The notes under the pieces: generated by a model
What the model was told of the DNA's origin: nothing
Databases searched by the model: none
Seen by the model: the letters and a program-made list of their open reading frames with translations, nothing else
In this document: in pieces, positions 27,790 to 36,709 of the stretch
Numbering within the stretch: position 1 is the first letter of the stretch
How the letters are laid out: every line of letters begins with the position of its first letter
Program-made: the position numbers and the translations under genes
Source: Candidatus Actinomarina sp.
GTDB taxonomy: Bacteria > Actinomycetota > Acidimicrobiia > Actinomarinales > Actinomarinaceae
Direction of reading: 5' to 3'
NCBI GenBank assembly: GCA_038147085.1
Contig: JAYQSV010000001.1
Location: 67,447 to 131,446, forward strand
Length of the DNA: 64,000 nucleotides

Positions 27790-29650
27790 TTATTTTAAGT
27801 GCTTTTTATGCCAGTCAATTATAAAATTAAATCTTTGCTCTCTATGTTTTGGACTTCCTGATCTTGATAATTCGTGACCTTCACCAGGGAATCGTACCAT
27901 TGCAGATGGTACACTGTTCCTTTTTAACTGTGAAAAGAGTTGTTCAGCCTGTTCAATAGGACACCTAAAATCATTCTCAGAATGTATTATCAAAGTTGGA
28001 GTTTTAATTTTATTAGCATAAGAAATCGGACTCTTCTTAAGATAAAAATTTCTATTTTTATCAAGTTCTGTTCCTAAATACATTTCTGGAAAACCAATTC
28101 CAATGTCCGAGGTTCCAACCATGGTCTCCCAATTTATTAGTGCTCTTTCAACAATTGCAGAGTGAAATTTTTTATTGTAATGTCCAATTATCCATGAAGT
28201 CATAAAACCACCATATGATCCACCCATAATTCCAAACTTCTTGTTTTTAATTTTTAATTTTTTAACCATGTAATCAAATGAAGTTAAAACGTCATGAGTA
28301 TCTGTAACACCCCATTTGTTGTTACAAACATCTTTTAACCATTTTGTTCCTCTACCTGTTGAACCTCTTGGGTTGGTAAATATAATGTTGAATCCAGCAC
28401 TTGCATAAACTTGAAATTCATCAAAAAATCCAAAACCATACTGTGAAGCTGGACCACCATGAATATTGAGCAGGGTTGGATTATTAGGATTAACAAGGAT
28501 CCCCCATGCGTCAACTTTTGATTGTTTGGTATCAACTCTTTCATATACATACTTATGTAGTTTTACATTATTTTTAAACCAACTATTAGACAATGAAATT
28601 TGATCTATTGTATCTCCAACTTCATATATTTCGCCTGGACAAGTAGGTTTTTCAACAATACACAATAGTTTTTCATCAAATACAAAATCTTTACATACTG
28701 CTTCTTCGTTATATAAAATTTCGATATTTTTAAGATCTTTTGATTTTGCGACACATACTTTTCCAGAATCTTCAAATGTAAAATAAAGCTCACCATTAAA
28801 GTTTTTTATATCTACAACTGTTCTATCTAAGTTTGTGAATAGTTTTTTTACTTTTGAGTTTTCAATTTTATATATGGACATTGCTTCTGGCCAATCCATA
28901 TAATTTTTTAAGCCGACAGTTAACAATTCATTATTGTGATTTAATAATTTCCCAAAGCTTCCGCCTTTAAATATTGCTTCAAACTTTTTACCTTTTACTT
29001 GAAGAACATCATCTTCAAGTTCTGTTCCTTTTTTATTGTGTTTTGATGATAGAAAATAGTAAGTATTTTTAATTTTTACTACTGATTGTATTGTTAAGTA
29101 GTCAGTCTTTTCAGTATCAGCTATAGTTTTTACAGTTTTACTTTTAATGTTTACTTCTAGAAGCTGGCTTTTTTTATTAAAAATATCACCAATATTGTCA
29201 TATCTAAAAGGTAAATTTCTCAATGTATTTAGGCTCAGATTCCTTTTCTTTAATTTCTTTATATTTGGAATTCCAATTTTCTACAACTACAAAAATATTT
29301 TCATCATCTACCCAAGCAAAATTTGTTATTGGATCAGATGAAATAAACACATCTTTTGATTTATCGGAGGAGTGTTTTTGAAAAACAATCCTAAACTTGT
29401 TGTCTTTTTTGTTTTTGTCTAAATTACTTTCTAAAAATACAACGTCTCCTAGAGTATTTACTTTTGTACTAGAAAACGAAAGTTCTTCACCAGATTTAAA
29501 AACATCCCATCGATTATCTTTTCTGTGCCATATCTCACTTCTATATCTGTTTTTCTCAAAGTCCATCCTTGTTGAAGTTACATACAAGTGATCATTTGAT
29601 GATTGTAATTGCGAAAGTTTTGTAAAAAGATTAAGTTGATTTGGTTTCAT
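27790..29650 (-). pseudogene. S9 family serine peptidase (prolyl oligopeptidase/acylaminoacyl-peptidase-like) split by a frameshift
   Basis: Two same-strand ORFs (29204..29650, 148 aa; 27790..29223, 477 aa) overlap by 20 nt and together give a normal S9 length of about 625 aa. The C-terminal part has GGSYGG, a catalytic Asp region SENDFRCP and GEGHEL. The junction lies at a run of T and A homopolymers. Confidence 0.75.
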
Positions 29651-29686
29651 GAATTGATACTAAAACTACATTAAATAAATGCAAGT

Positions 29687-30043
29687 TCAATTATTTTGTT
29701 TTCTAAAAGTTAAAACATTTCCAAATGGATCGGTGACATCAATTACTTGCATCCCGTCAGCAGTATCAGCTATATCACTGACTAAAGCATTATTTTTCTT
29801 CAAATTACTTTGTAAAGAAACTATATCTTCAACAGAAAAAGAAAAATCAATACTTCCACCAGGTTCACGTGTACCACCTCCTTGACCAGGAATATAAAGA
29901 CCAAACTGAACTGACTCCCGCTGTATTGTTAGCCAACCAAATTCATCGGCTCTAAAAACTAAACTAAACCCTAAGATATCTACGTAAAACTCAATAGCTT
30001 TATCTAAATCTAAAACAGGTATTTTAAACCCTACAATTTTCAT
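29687..30043 (-). CDS. VOC/glyoxalase-family protein
   Basis: 118 aa. MKIVGFKIPVLDLDKAIEFYVDILGFSL is typical of the glyoxalase/bleomycin-resistance fold. It overlaps the upstream transporter stop by 4 nt. Confidence 0.75.
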   Translation of the reverse strand: MKIVGFKIPVLDLDKAIEFYVDILGFSLVFRADEFGWLTIQRESVQFGLYIPGQGGGTREPGGSIDFSFSVEDIVSLQSNLKKNNALVSDIADTADGMQVIDVTDPFGNVLTFRKQNN

Positions 30044-31395
30044 TTTTTTATCCTATCAAAGATTAAACATCCAATCAAAGTTGAAGTAATTGCAACCAAA
30101 AATGTATTTAAGTCAGCAAGTCCATAAATATCAGTTGGTATAAAAAGTCCTCCTGGATTAACCTCAAAATCAACAAATAAGTACCTATAAAAAAGTGTTG
30201 ATACTGCACCAAGTACAAAAATAATCATAAATGAATTTGAAGTTAGTGATTTTTTAAACTGAAAAAAAGTTGGTACAACTATTAAAGCCGTAAATAAATC
30301 AGCTATCAGAAATAATGTAAAAATATTTTCGACTTTTGTTGAAAGAAACACAGCAGCTATAGTCAAAATAATTGTTAAGAGCTGACCAGTTTTTTTATTT
30401 GATTCAAAAATATCAATTGTTAGAGTTGCAGCAATCGCATTCTGTAGAGTATCAACACTTGAAAGAACAAGTAAAGTTGCAAGTATTAGAAAGATTGATG
30501 AAAAAACTGGGTTAAATTCAAATTGCTGGACAAAACTAAGTGATGGATTTTCTAAACCCATACCAGCACCAACAGTGCCAAAGAACCCTAAACAGTAAAT
30601 TGTTACAAAACAAAGTAAAGCAGCATATAGTGAAGATTTTTTTATTACTGAACTATTTTTTGCAGAAAAAGTTCTTTGCCAGTATCCTTGTGAGAATATT
30701 TCAGCACCCGTTACTGCTATTATTACAGCTAACGCAGACTTAAAGCTAAAAAAAGTAAATTCATTGAAGCCGCCTAAATTAGCGTTATTTATAATTTCAG
30801 AATAGTCGGAACTCTTTAACAGTTTATAAATTAAATATGAGAGCATCCCAATTATTGCTACTCCCTGAATACGATCTGTGATTAGTGAAGCTTTAAATCC
30901 AGATTTGAATAAATACAGAAGACTACCAAAAGCAATAAGTATAACTACTTCTATTCCAAATTCTGGATACAAAACTGGAAAGACTAGATAGATTGAAGCA
31001 AGTTCAGCGATTAGAAAAGTAAACATGTAAACACTAGCTATACCTGAAACTAGCTTTTGTGCACCATTTCCAAATTTGCTTCTAAGAAATTCTGGCAAAG
31101 TCGTACCTTCAGTTATTAAATTTGCAATCTTTGGACCAAAGAAATAAAGAAGCAAAAATGGGGTAGCTGCTGAGATAGCATAGCCTAATACATCAAATCC
31201 AAGTCCATACCAGCCAACTTCTGCTGGGGAAGTTAATATCCACAAACCCATACCACTTGCAAAAAAACTCAAGGTTAAGGTGGTTGACCCCTGTATTTTC
31301 TCAGTTTTGAAATAGCCTGTGTCAGAAGAGACTAAATTTTTTGTTATAAAAAAGAAAAATACAATTATAAAAAAAACATAAATATTCGGATTCAT
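30040..31395 (-). CDS. Sodium:solute symporter family transporter under TPP riboswitch control (ThiV-like candidate thiamine-precursor importer)
   Basis: 451 aa polytopic SSS-like protein with a TPP riboswitch in its 5' leader. Confidence 0.7.
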   Translation of the reverse strand: MNPNIYVFFIIVFFFFITKNLVSSDTGYFKTEKIQGSTTLTLSFFASGMGLWILTSPAEVGWYGLGFDVLGYAISAATPFLLLYFFGPKIANLITEGTTLPEFLRSKFGNGAQKLVSGIASVYMFTFLIAELASIYLVFPVLYPEFGIEVVILIAFGSLLYLFKSGFKASLITDRIQGVAIIGMLSYLIYKLLKSSDYSEIINNANLGGFNEFTFFSFKSALAVIIAVTGAEIFSQGYWQRTFSAKNSSVIKKSSLYAALLCFVTIYCLGFFGTVGAGMGLENPSLSFVQQFEFNPVFSSIFLILATLLVLSSVDTLQNAIAATLTIDIFESNKKTGQLLTIILTIAAVFLSTKVENIFTLFLIADLFTALIVVPTFFQFKKSLTSNSFMIIFVLGAVSTLFYRYLFVDFEVNPGGLFIPTDIYGLADLNTFLVAITSTLIGCLIFDRIKK

Positions 31396-31417
31396 AAAAC
31401 TCCTTAATTAAGGAGAA

Positions 31418-31496
31418 AAAGTTGAGACTTCCTTTGCCAGCATTACCTAGCAAGTAAAACGGTCGGATAAACCCTCTCAGCCTTAGCTCCCGTATT
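31418..31496 (-). promoter_or_regulatory. TPP (THI-box) riboswitch
   Basis: The minus-strand RNA reads ACGGGAGCUAAGGCUGAGAGGGUUUAUCCGACCGUUUUACUUGCUAGGUAAUGCUGGCAAAGGAAG. It carries the CUGAGA, ACC and UAAUGCYRGC..AGGRA hallmarks. Confidence 0.85.
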
Positions 31497-31527
31497 TAAA
31501 AGTTTAGTCAAAAATAAATAATTTTAA

Positions 31528-32115
31528 TTATTTTTTTAGAGCTTCCATCTCAGTTTTTACTAATTTTAGATCTCTCCAAGTTAACCATTTCGGCTTACCT
31601 TTTTCTTTAGAAGGATTTCTTAATAAATAAGATGGATGAAAAATTGGCATTACTTTTCTACCGTCTCTTTCAATCCATTTACCTCTAATTTTTGAAATCG
31701 GCTCTTTTATGTTTAAATATGATTCAACAGCTGTTGATCCAGCAAGAACAATTATTTTTGGGTTAATTAAGTTTATTTGCTGATCTAGCCAAGTTGAGCA
31801 ACTCTCAATCTCTTCATTTTGTGGTTTACGATTATTTGGTGGTCTACACTTTACAATATTTGAAATATAACAATCTCTATTAGTATCAATCCCCACTGAT
31901 TGGAAAGCAGCATCAAGAAGTTTGCCTGCACGACCAACAAAAGCTAGTCCTTCCATATCTTCGTTATGCCCCGGTCCTTCACCAATGATAAAAATTTTTG
32001 AAATAGGGTTACCTCTGCCAAAAACTACATTCGTTCTAGTTTTTGATAAAGCACATTGTTTACAATCTAGACAAACTTTTTTTAAACTTTCAAACTCGAG
32101 AATGTTATTCATCAA
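31528..32115 (-). CDS. Uracil-DNA glycosylase, family 4
   Basis: 195 aa with C..C.QC Fe-S Cys residues (CLDCKQCALS), GEGPG and the FVGRAGKLLD motif. Confidence 0.85.
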   Translation of the reverse strand: MMNNILEFESLKKVCLDCKQCALSKTRTNVVFGRGNPISKIFIIGEGPGHNEDMEGLAFVGRAGKLLDAAFQSVGIDTNRDCYISNIVKCRPPNNRKPQNEEIESCSTWLDQQINLINPKIIVLAGSTAVESYLNIKEPISKIRGKWIERDGRKVMPIFHPSYLLRNPSKEKGKPKWLTWRDLKLVKTEMEALKK

Positions 32116-32134
32116 TTAGATGATAACTAAAGAT

Positions 32135-32199
32135 CTATAAAAATGAGAAAACCCTTGAAAACTCCGCAATCTGTTGCCAGATTTCCTGCTTCAAGGGTT
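32135..32199 (-). terminator. Long hairpin plus U-rich tail downstream of cbiM
   Basis: Arms AACCCTTGAA (32150-32159) and TTCAAGGGTT (32190-32199), with inner pairing AATCTG/CAGATT. On the minus strand it is followed by UUCUCAUUUUUAU. Confidence 0.4.
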
Positions 32200-32297
32200 A
32201 TCTCTTAATACTTCTTAAAAAGATTATCTATAAAGACTTTCTTCTTAAAAAGTTATTTTAAATCTACAATATAAAAAATAAAAAATCAAAAAAATAT

Positions 32298-33236
32298 TTA
32301 AATATTTTTCCCACTCTTTAATCTCTTTGAAACAATATTAAAGATAATAACTATCACAAAAATTCCCAGAAGCGCACTTAAAATTGTTGATACAAAATTA
32401 TTGTTTACCCCACTAATACCGTAGTCCTCTAAAAGGAGCACAACTCCACTTGAAGACTCAAAACCAAAAGTTTCAGAAACTGATTCCAACCCATCTGGAG
32501 AACTGTATGCAAACGGTGTTAATAAACTTAAAAGTAAAATTAAAAATACAAAAAATCCATATATTGACGCACCCGCACCTTTAGAATTTTTCTTTTCATC
32601 AGCTGCATAGATAAGATCAGAACGAACTCTTAAAAGTAGAGATATTATCAATACAGTAATAATGCCTTCTCCAATTCCAATTAAAAAATGGGTTGTTACC
32701 ATTGCAATTAAAACACTCCCAATTGGTACAGAGACAGTCCCTCCAATTGCATATTCAAGGGTAAAAGCAATTGATGAAAACACCACAGATACAACACCTG
32801 ATATAAAACTAACTGATAATAATGATGTTCTTGTATTCCCGACTAGTTTGATCCAATTTTTTACAATAAACCAACTAATTAATGTAGTTACTATAGCCAT
32901 ATTTAGGACATTAATTCCTAGTGCGCTAAGACCACCATCTGCAAATAACAATGACTGGATTATCACTACTACAGATAAGCAAATTAAACCTAAGCTTGGT
33001 CCGAGAACAATTACTGCTAGAGCGCCACCTAATAAATGGCCACTGGTTCCAGCGGCTACTGGAAAATTTATCATTTGAAGCACAAATATTAAGGCTGACA
33101 TCATTCCTGTTAAGGCAATAAATTTATCAGCAATTAAATTTTTCGCAGACCTTATATAAGCCCAAAGAGTACTAATACTGAGTAGTCCAGTTGCCGCAGA
33201 AACTGGAGCATTAATGAATCCGTCAGGTACATGCAT
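32298..33236 (-). CDS. cbiM: CbiM/NikM-type ECF transporter substrate component with a C-terminal PDGLE extension
   Basis: Starts MHVPDGFINAPVS, the characteristic CbiM N-terminus. Polytopic, and the C-terminus contains SSPDGLESV. Confidence 0.8.
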   Translation of the reverse strand: MHVPDGFINAPVSAATGLLSISTLWAYIRSAKNLIADKFIALTGMMSALIFVLQMINFPVAAGTSGHLLGGALAVIVLGPSLGLICLSVVVIIQSLLFADGGLSALGINVLNMAIVTTLISWFIVKNWIKLVGNTRTSLLSVSFISGVVSVVFSSIAFTLEYAIGGTVSVPIGSVLIAMVTTHFLIGIGEGIITVLIISLLLRVRSDLIYAADEKKNSKGAGASIYGFFVFLILLLSLLTPFAYSSPDGLESVSETFGFESSSGVVLLLEDYGISGVNNNFVSTILSALLGIFVIVIIFNIVSKRLKSGKNI

Positions 33237-33256
33237 ATAGGTATTATAAATTAGCT

Positions 33257-33289
33257 AAATCTTATTGCAAAAGATTTGCAATAAGATTT
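33257..33289 (-). terminator. Perfect 14-bp stem hairpin overlapping the stop codon of the hydrolase gene
   Basis: AAATCTTATTGCAA (33257-33270), a 5-nt loop, then TTGCAATAAGATTT (33276-33289). The U-tail is weak, so it could also be a protein-binding palindrome ahead of cbiM. Confidence 0.4.
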
Positions 33290-34025
33290 ATATTATTTCT
33301 TTAACTTTAAGCCAGTTATAAATTTCACTTAGTACAAAGGGTCTTGTATCTTGATTTAATATTTCATGAAATGAGTTTTCAACTTTTACAAAAGTTACAT
33401 TATCTAGTTTTTTAATCTCGTCACATCCCGAAATTGGAACAATTGCATCATTTTCACCATGTAAAACAATCGTCGGAATCTTTAATGAATTTATATTCTC
33501 ATTTACAAATTTTTGTGCTTTGTTTATCTCATTACCGAAATTGACTGTCAAACTTCTAAATACCAAGGGATCATTAAAGTAGTCTTCAACAACTTGAGGA
33601 TCAGTTGAAATATTTTTCTTAGTTACAGGAGATGGTGCGCGTAATTTTGGTGCAATTTTTGCTAAAGTGCCTGAAAGATTTTTTACGAATTTAGGATAAT
33701 TATCAGCAAAATGCGGAGCTGAGAGAATTAAGTAATCTGGCTCTACAACACCACTCAAAACTGCAGATATTGTAACTAAACATCCATAAGAATGCGCAAA
33801 GATTATTTTCTTGTCGGAATTCTTAAGTAAATCAAACCCTTCTTTAATCGCACTATAGTTTTCATTCCAATTCTCGATATGACCTTTTTGTTTGATGTCT
33901 CCATGACCTGGTAGGTTTATTGAGTAAGATGATATGCCTAAATTATTTAGCCAATTTACATTATCTTGGTGTCTACCTTTATGCTCAAACAAACCATGAA
34001 CAACAAGCGCTCCAGAATTACTCAC
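33288..34025 (-). CDS. Alpha/beta hydrolase (lysophospholipase/monoglyceride lipase-like)
   Basis: 245 aa with an HG oxyanion motif (VHGLFEH), a nucleophile elbow AHSYGC and a C-terminal His (SFHEIL). Confidence 0.75.
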   Translation of the reverse strand: MSNSGALVVHGLFEHKGRHQDNVNWLNNLGISSYSINLPGHGDIKQKGHIENWNENYSAIKEGFDLLKNSDKKIIFAHSYGCLVTISAVLSGVVEPDYLILSAPHFADNYPKFVKNLSGTLAKIAPKLRAPSPVTKKNISTDPQVVEDYFNDPLVFRSLTVNFGNEINKAQKFVNENINSLKIPTIVLHGENDAIVPISGCDEIKKLDNVTFVKVENSFHEILNQDTRPFVLSEIYNWLKVKEII

Positions 34026-34057
34026 AACATCCTCTTTTCTTTATTAAATTAATATTA

Positions 34058-34777
34058 ATGAATATTGATTTCATAAAAGTGCCGTTTACCAATAATCCGT
34101 CAATGCAAATATATAATGGTGAATTATTCAATAGAAATCCAGATAAGAAATACTTAAATGAAAAAATAGTTCAACACAAAAAATATAAAGATGATTTATT
34201 CGGTGAGGATAGTGTATTTAACGATTTTAATTTGTTTAAAGACATAAAGAATAAAATGCAAATCGTTAAAGAATCTTCATTTTTTGAATTAGCAATGGGA
34301 ATAGAAGAAGATATTGCAGTAATTCATAAAGGTAAATTGGTTGCAATCCATTTTTCTTTTCCAAGTGGATGGATACCAAGCAAAGGTATTGGGAAAGACT
34401 TTAAAGGACTTCACCAACCAGTTGCAGATAATGAAAAATTAATTGATAGTAGCAGTAAATTAACCGACTATATGACTAAGCACACTATAAGACGGTGGGT
34501 TTGGAACATAACAACTATTGAAGATCTTAGTAACCACCCATTAGTTCATAGACCAGAAAAGATTCAATTAGAAAATTTATTTTTTAGATTAGAAACACAA
34601 ATTTCAACTCCTTTAGATCAAGATTCAAGTTTGTTTCTCGTAAAAGTTCAAGTTTGTCCCTTGCAGGAAGTTTGGAGTGATATTATGTTGGAAAGTATTA
34701 ATTCTATGAGTGATAATGTTCTTCAATATAAAAAATTAAAAAATATAAAAAGCTATTTAAATATGATTTCAAAATGA
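34058..34777 (+). CDS. DUF3445-like protein (start moved to the ATG at 34058)
   Basis: The ORF-track start at 33920 overlaps the convergent hydrolase gene. The region ...FRLETQISTPLDQDSSLFLVKV... resembles DUF3445. The family call is from memory. Confidence 0.45.
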   Translation: MNIDFIKVPFTNNPSMQIYNGELFNRNPDKKYLNEKIVQHKKYKDDLFGEDSVFNDFNLFKDIKNKMQIVKESSFFELAMGIEEDIAVIHKGKLVAIHFSFPSGWIPSKGIGKDFKGLHQPVADNEKLIDSSSKLTDYMTKHTIRRWVWNITTIEDLSNHPLVHRPEKIQLENLFFRLETQISTPLDQDSSLFLVKVQVCPLQEVWSDIMLESINSMSDNVLQYKKLKNIKSYLNMISK

Positions 34778-35181
34778 AAAAAGTATATATTGCAGGTCCT
34801 CTTTTTGATGATCATGAAAGAGATTATTTAGAAAAGATTGCTACTTCATTAGAAGCAATAGGCTATCAGACTTTTTTACCGCACAGAGATGCTGGGTTAG
34901 TTGAAGGAGAGTTTACTGAAATAAAAAAATCAGAAATATTTGATATAGATATGAATGCTTTAAATGATGCTGATATTGTAGTTGCACTTTTAACCGGAAG
35001 AGATGTTGATTCTGGTACAGCTGCTGAAGTGGGAATTGCTTATACACAAGGTAAGAGACTAATTGGAATAAACGCAAACAACATAAAGGTTATTAATAAT
35101 TTTGTTTGGGGGCTGTTCGATTATGGCAATAGTATTATTAATGGGATTGAAGATTTAGAGAGAGTTTTAAATGAAAAATAA
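34774..35181 (+). CDS. Nucleoside 2-deoxyribosyltransferase-like protein
   Basis: 135 aa. MKKVYIAGPLFDDHERDYL and DSGTAAEVG motifs are typical of the family. Confidence 0.7.
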   Translation: MKKVYIAGPLFDDHERDYLEKIATSLEAIGYQTFLPHRDAGLVEGEFTEIKKSEIFDIDMNALNDADIVVALLTGRDVDSGTAAEVGIAYTQGKRLIGINANNIKVINNFVWGLFDYGNSIINGIEDLERVLNEK

Positions 35182-35368
35182 ATATGTAAACCTATTTATA
35201 GTTTTCTTTTTCTCAGGAACAATAGCGAATTTATTATTTCGCTTATTAGATTTCTCAATATTTAGAAATTCTGACTTTGCAATGCAAGATTGGAGTTATG
35301 GAAATCTTGTAACACTTGGTTTTGCGATAGTAATGACTTTTGTTTGGATAAATAAAAATAAAAATTAA
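35171..35368 (+). CDS. Small membrane protein (hypothetical)
   Basis: 65 aa with two predicted TM helices. Confidence 0.35.
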   Translation: MKNKYVNLFIVFFFSGTIANLLFRLLDFSIFRNSDFAMQDWSYGNLVTLGFAIVMTFVWINKNKN

Positions 35369-35799
35369 TTATTATATTTTTTCTTAAATTCTTCCAAGTC
35401 ATTTTTAGCTGAATCAACTTGCTCTAAAGAAATCTCTTGATCACCACTAACAGCGCATTCAGTATTGTTTGCATATAAAGCATTTATTTTTGAATAAACT
35501 TCAAAACGCACTTCTAAGTAATTTAAATATATTTCTTGATAGTTCCAATTTTTATCTAAATTTTCAAAAAAATATGTTCTATCTTCATCGACATTTCCTG
35601 GCGAAATATCATCAATAAATATATTTAGTTCAAAACTTGTATTAAAAAGTTTATTTGATAAATTGGTGTATTCTAACTCCAATATCTCACATTTAGTTAG
35701 CTCGAGCGAAGTTGTAGTCGTTGAGTTATCACTTTCACTTGAACTTAATGTTATTGCACAGTTTGTAAAAACAAGAAAAAACACGATTATTTTTTTCAT
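35365..35799 (-). CDS. Secreted hypothetical protein
   Basis: 144 aa with an N-terminal signal peptide MKKIIVFFLVFTNCAITLSS. Confidence 0.45.
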   Translation of the reverse strand: MKKIIVFFLVFTNCAITLSSSESDNSTTTTSLELTKCEILELEYTNLSNKLFNTSFELNIFIDDISPGNVDEDRTYFFENLDKNWNYQEIYLNYLEVRFEVYSKINALYANNTECAVSGDQEISLEQVDSAKNDLEEFKKKYNN

Positions 35800-35808
35800 A
35801 ACTTTTAA

Positions 35809-36075
35809 TTAATTATATGTATTCTTACGTTCCTTAAAAATCAAAAATAAAATAATAAATGTTGAAATTGTTGTTAGCGTGTTCGTGGTTAATATTGGCA
35901 GATCATTTAGATAATAACCATAAACCAACCAAGATAGAGATCCAAAAAATAAAAACAAGTAAGTTATAACGGATAAGCCTGCGACCTCTCTAGTTTTAAT
36001 AGTTTTAATTGCCTGGGGTAAAAAAGAGACTGCTGTAAAAAATGCAGCAAGATAACCTATAATGACAAAATTCAT
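35809..36075 (-). CDS. SemiSWEET / PQ-loop transporter
   Basis: 88 aa with three TM helices and the LPQ motif (VSFLPQAIKTIKTRE). Confidence 0.7.
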   Translation of the reverse strand: MNFVIIGYLAAFFTAVSFLPQAIKTIKTREVAGLSVITYLFLFFGSLSWLVYGYYLNDLPILTTNTLTTISTFIILFLIFKERKNTYN

Positions 36076-36123
36076 TCTTATAGTCTATCAAATTAAATAG
36101 TATTCATTAAGATAAGAAATTTT

Positions 36124-36309
36124 ATGAAAGTGAAACTCCAAATTTTACTCGTAGTAGGTTTTTCTTATTTAGCTTATTTGTCTATTCAAGAGTATTTTCA
36201 AGGAGTTGAAGACAATCATCCTGAGGGGTATATTTTTCTATTTGGAGTTATAAATATATTTTTATCTCTTATTTTGATAAAAAAATTATTTGAAAAACCC
36301 AAGCAATAA
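36124..36309 (+). CDS. Small membrane protein (hypothetical)
   Basis: 61 aa with two TM helices. Its 3' end overlaps an alternative 46-aa minus-strand ORF (36268..36408). Confidence 0.35.
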   Translation: MKVKLQILLVVGFSYLAYLSIQEYFQGVEDNHPEGYIFLFGVINIFLSLILIKKLFEKPKQ

Positions 36310-36451
36310 TAAATATTGGAAGCCATAAAAGTATCATTACAACTGCATTTTGAATAGATTTAGGAAAATTTTTGGCGAGATTTAGATAATTGTTAAATAA
36401 TTTTTTCATATTGACATATTATTATCTATAAATTGAAAACTTTTAAAAATG

Positions 36452-36526
36452 TGGGCCTAGTTAGATTTGAACTAACGACCTCATCCTTATCAGGGATGCG
36501 CTCTAACCAGGCTGAGCTATAGGCCC
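36452..36526 (-). tRNA. tRNA-Ile (GAU)
   Basis: Reverse complement GGGCCTATAGCTCAGCCTGGTTAGAGCGCATCCCTGATAAGGATGAGGTCGTTAGTTCAAATCTAACTAGGCCCA folds as a cloverleaf. Anticodon loop CTGATAA. Confidence 0.95.
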
Positions 36527-36614
36527 ATACGTCTAATTAACATTAGTCTACTAATGGAAATATTTATATTTTTTTTCATTTACTCTTTAAATCAAGGCAT
36601 AATATAAAAAGCGA

Positions 36615-36687
36615 GGGGATGTAGCTCAGCTGGAAGAGCACCTGCTTTGCAAGCAGGGGGTCGTGGGTTCAAATCCCATCATCTCCA
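36615..36687 (+). tRNA. tRNA-Ala (UGC)
   Basis: GGGGATGTAGCTCAGCTGGAAGAGCACCTGCTTTGCAAGCAGGGGGTCGTGGGTTCAAATCCCATCATCTCCA. The G3:U70 identity pair is present and the anticodon is TGC. Confidence 0.95.
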
Positions 36688-36709
36688 CAAAATTTAATGT
36701 AAGTAAATT

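Noticed and set aside
32662-33078. 138-aa plus-strand ORF
   Set aside because: It lies entirely antisense within cbiM, which has a strong family signature. The same reasoning applies to antisense ORFs 42500..42799, 49500..49775, 54575..54925, 55033..55407, 60224..60532 and 6682..6966.
33920-34057. N-terminal 46-codon extension of the 33920..34777 ORF
   Set aside because: It overlaps the 5' part of the well-supported alpha/beta hydrolase gene on the other strand. An ATG at 34058 gives a non-overlapping gene.
36268-36408. 46-aa minus-strand ORF (MKKLFNNYLNLAKNFPKSIQNAVVMILLWLPIFIIAWVFQIIFLSK)
   Set aside because: It overlaps the 3' end of the 61-aa plus-strand ORF. Both are unsupported small membrane ORFs, and I cannot decide between them from sequence alone.
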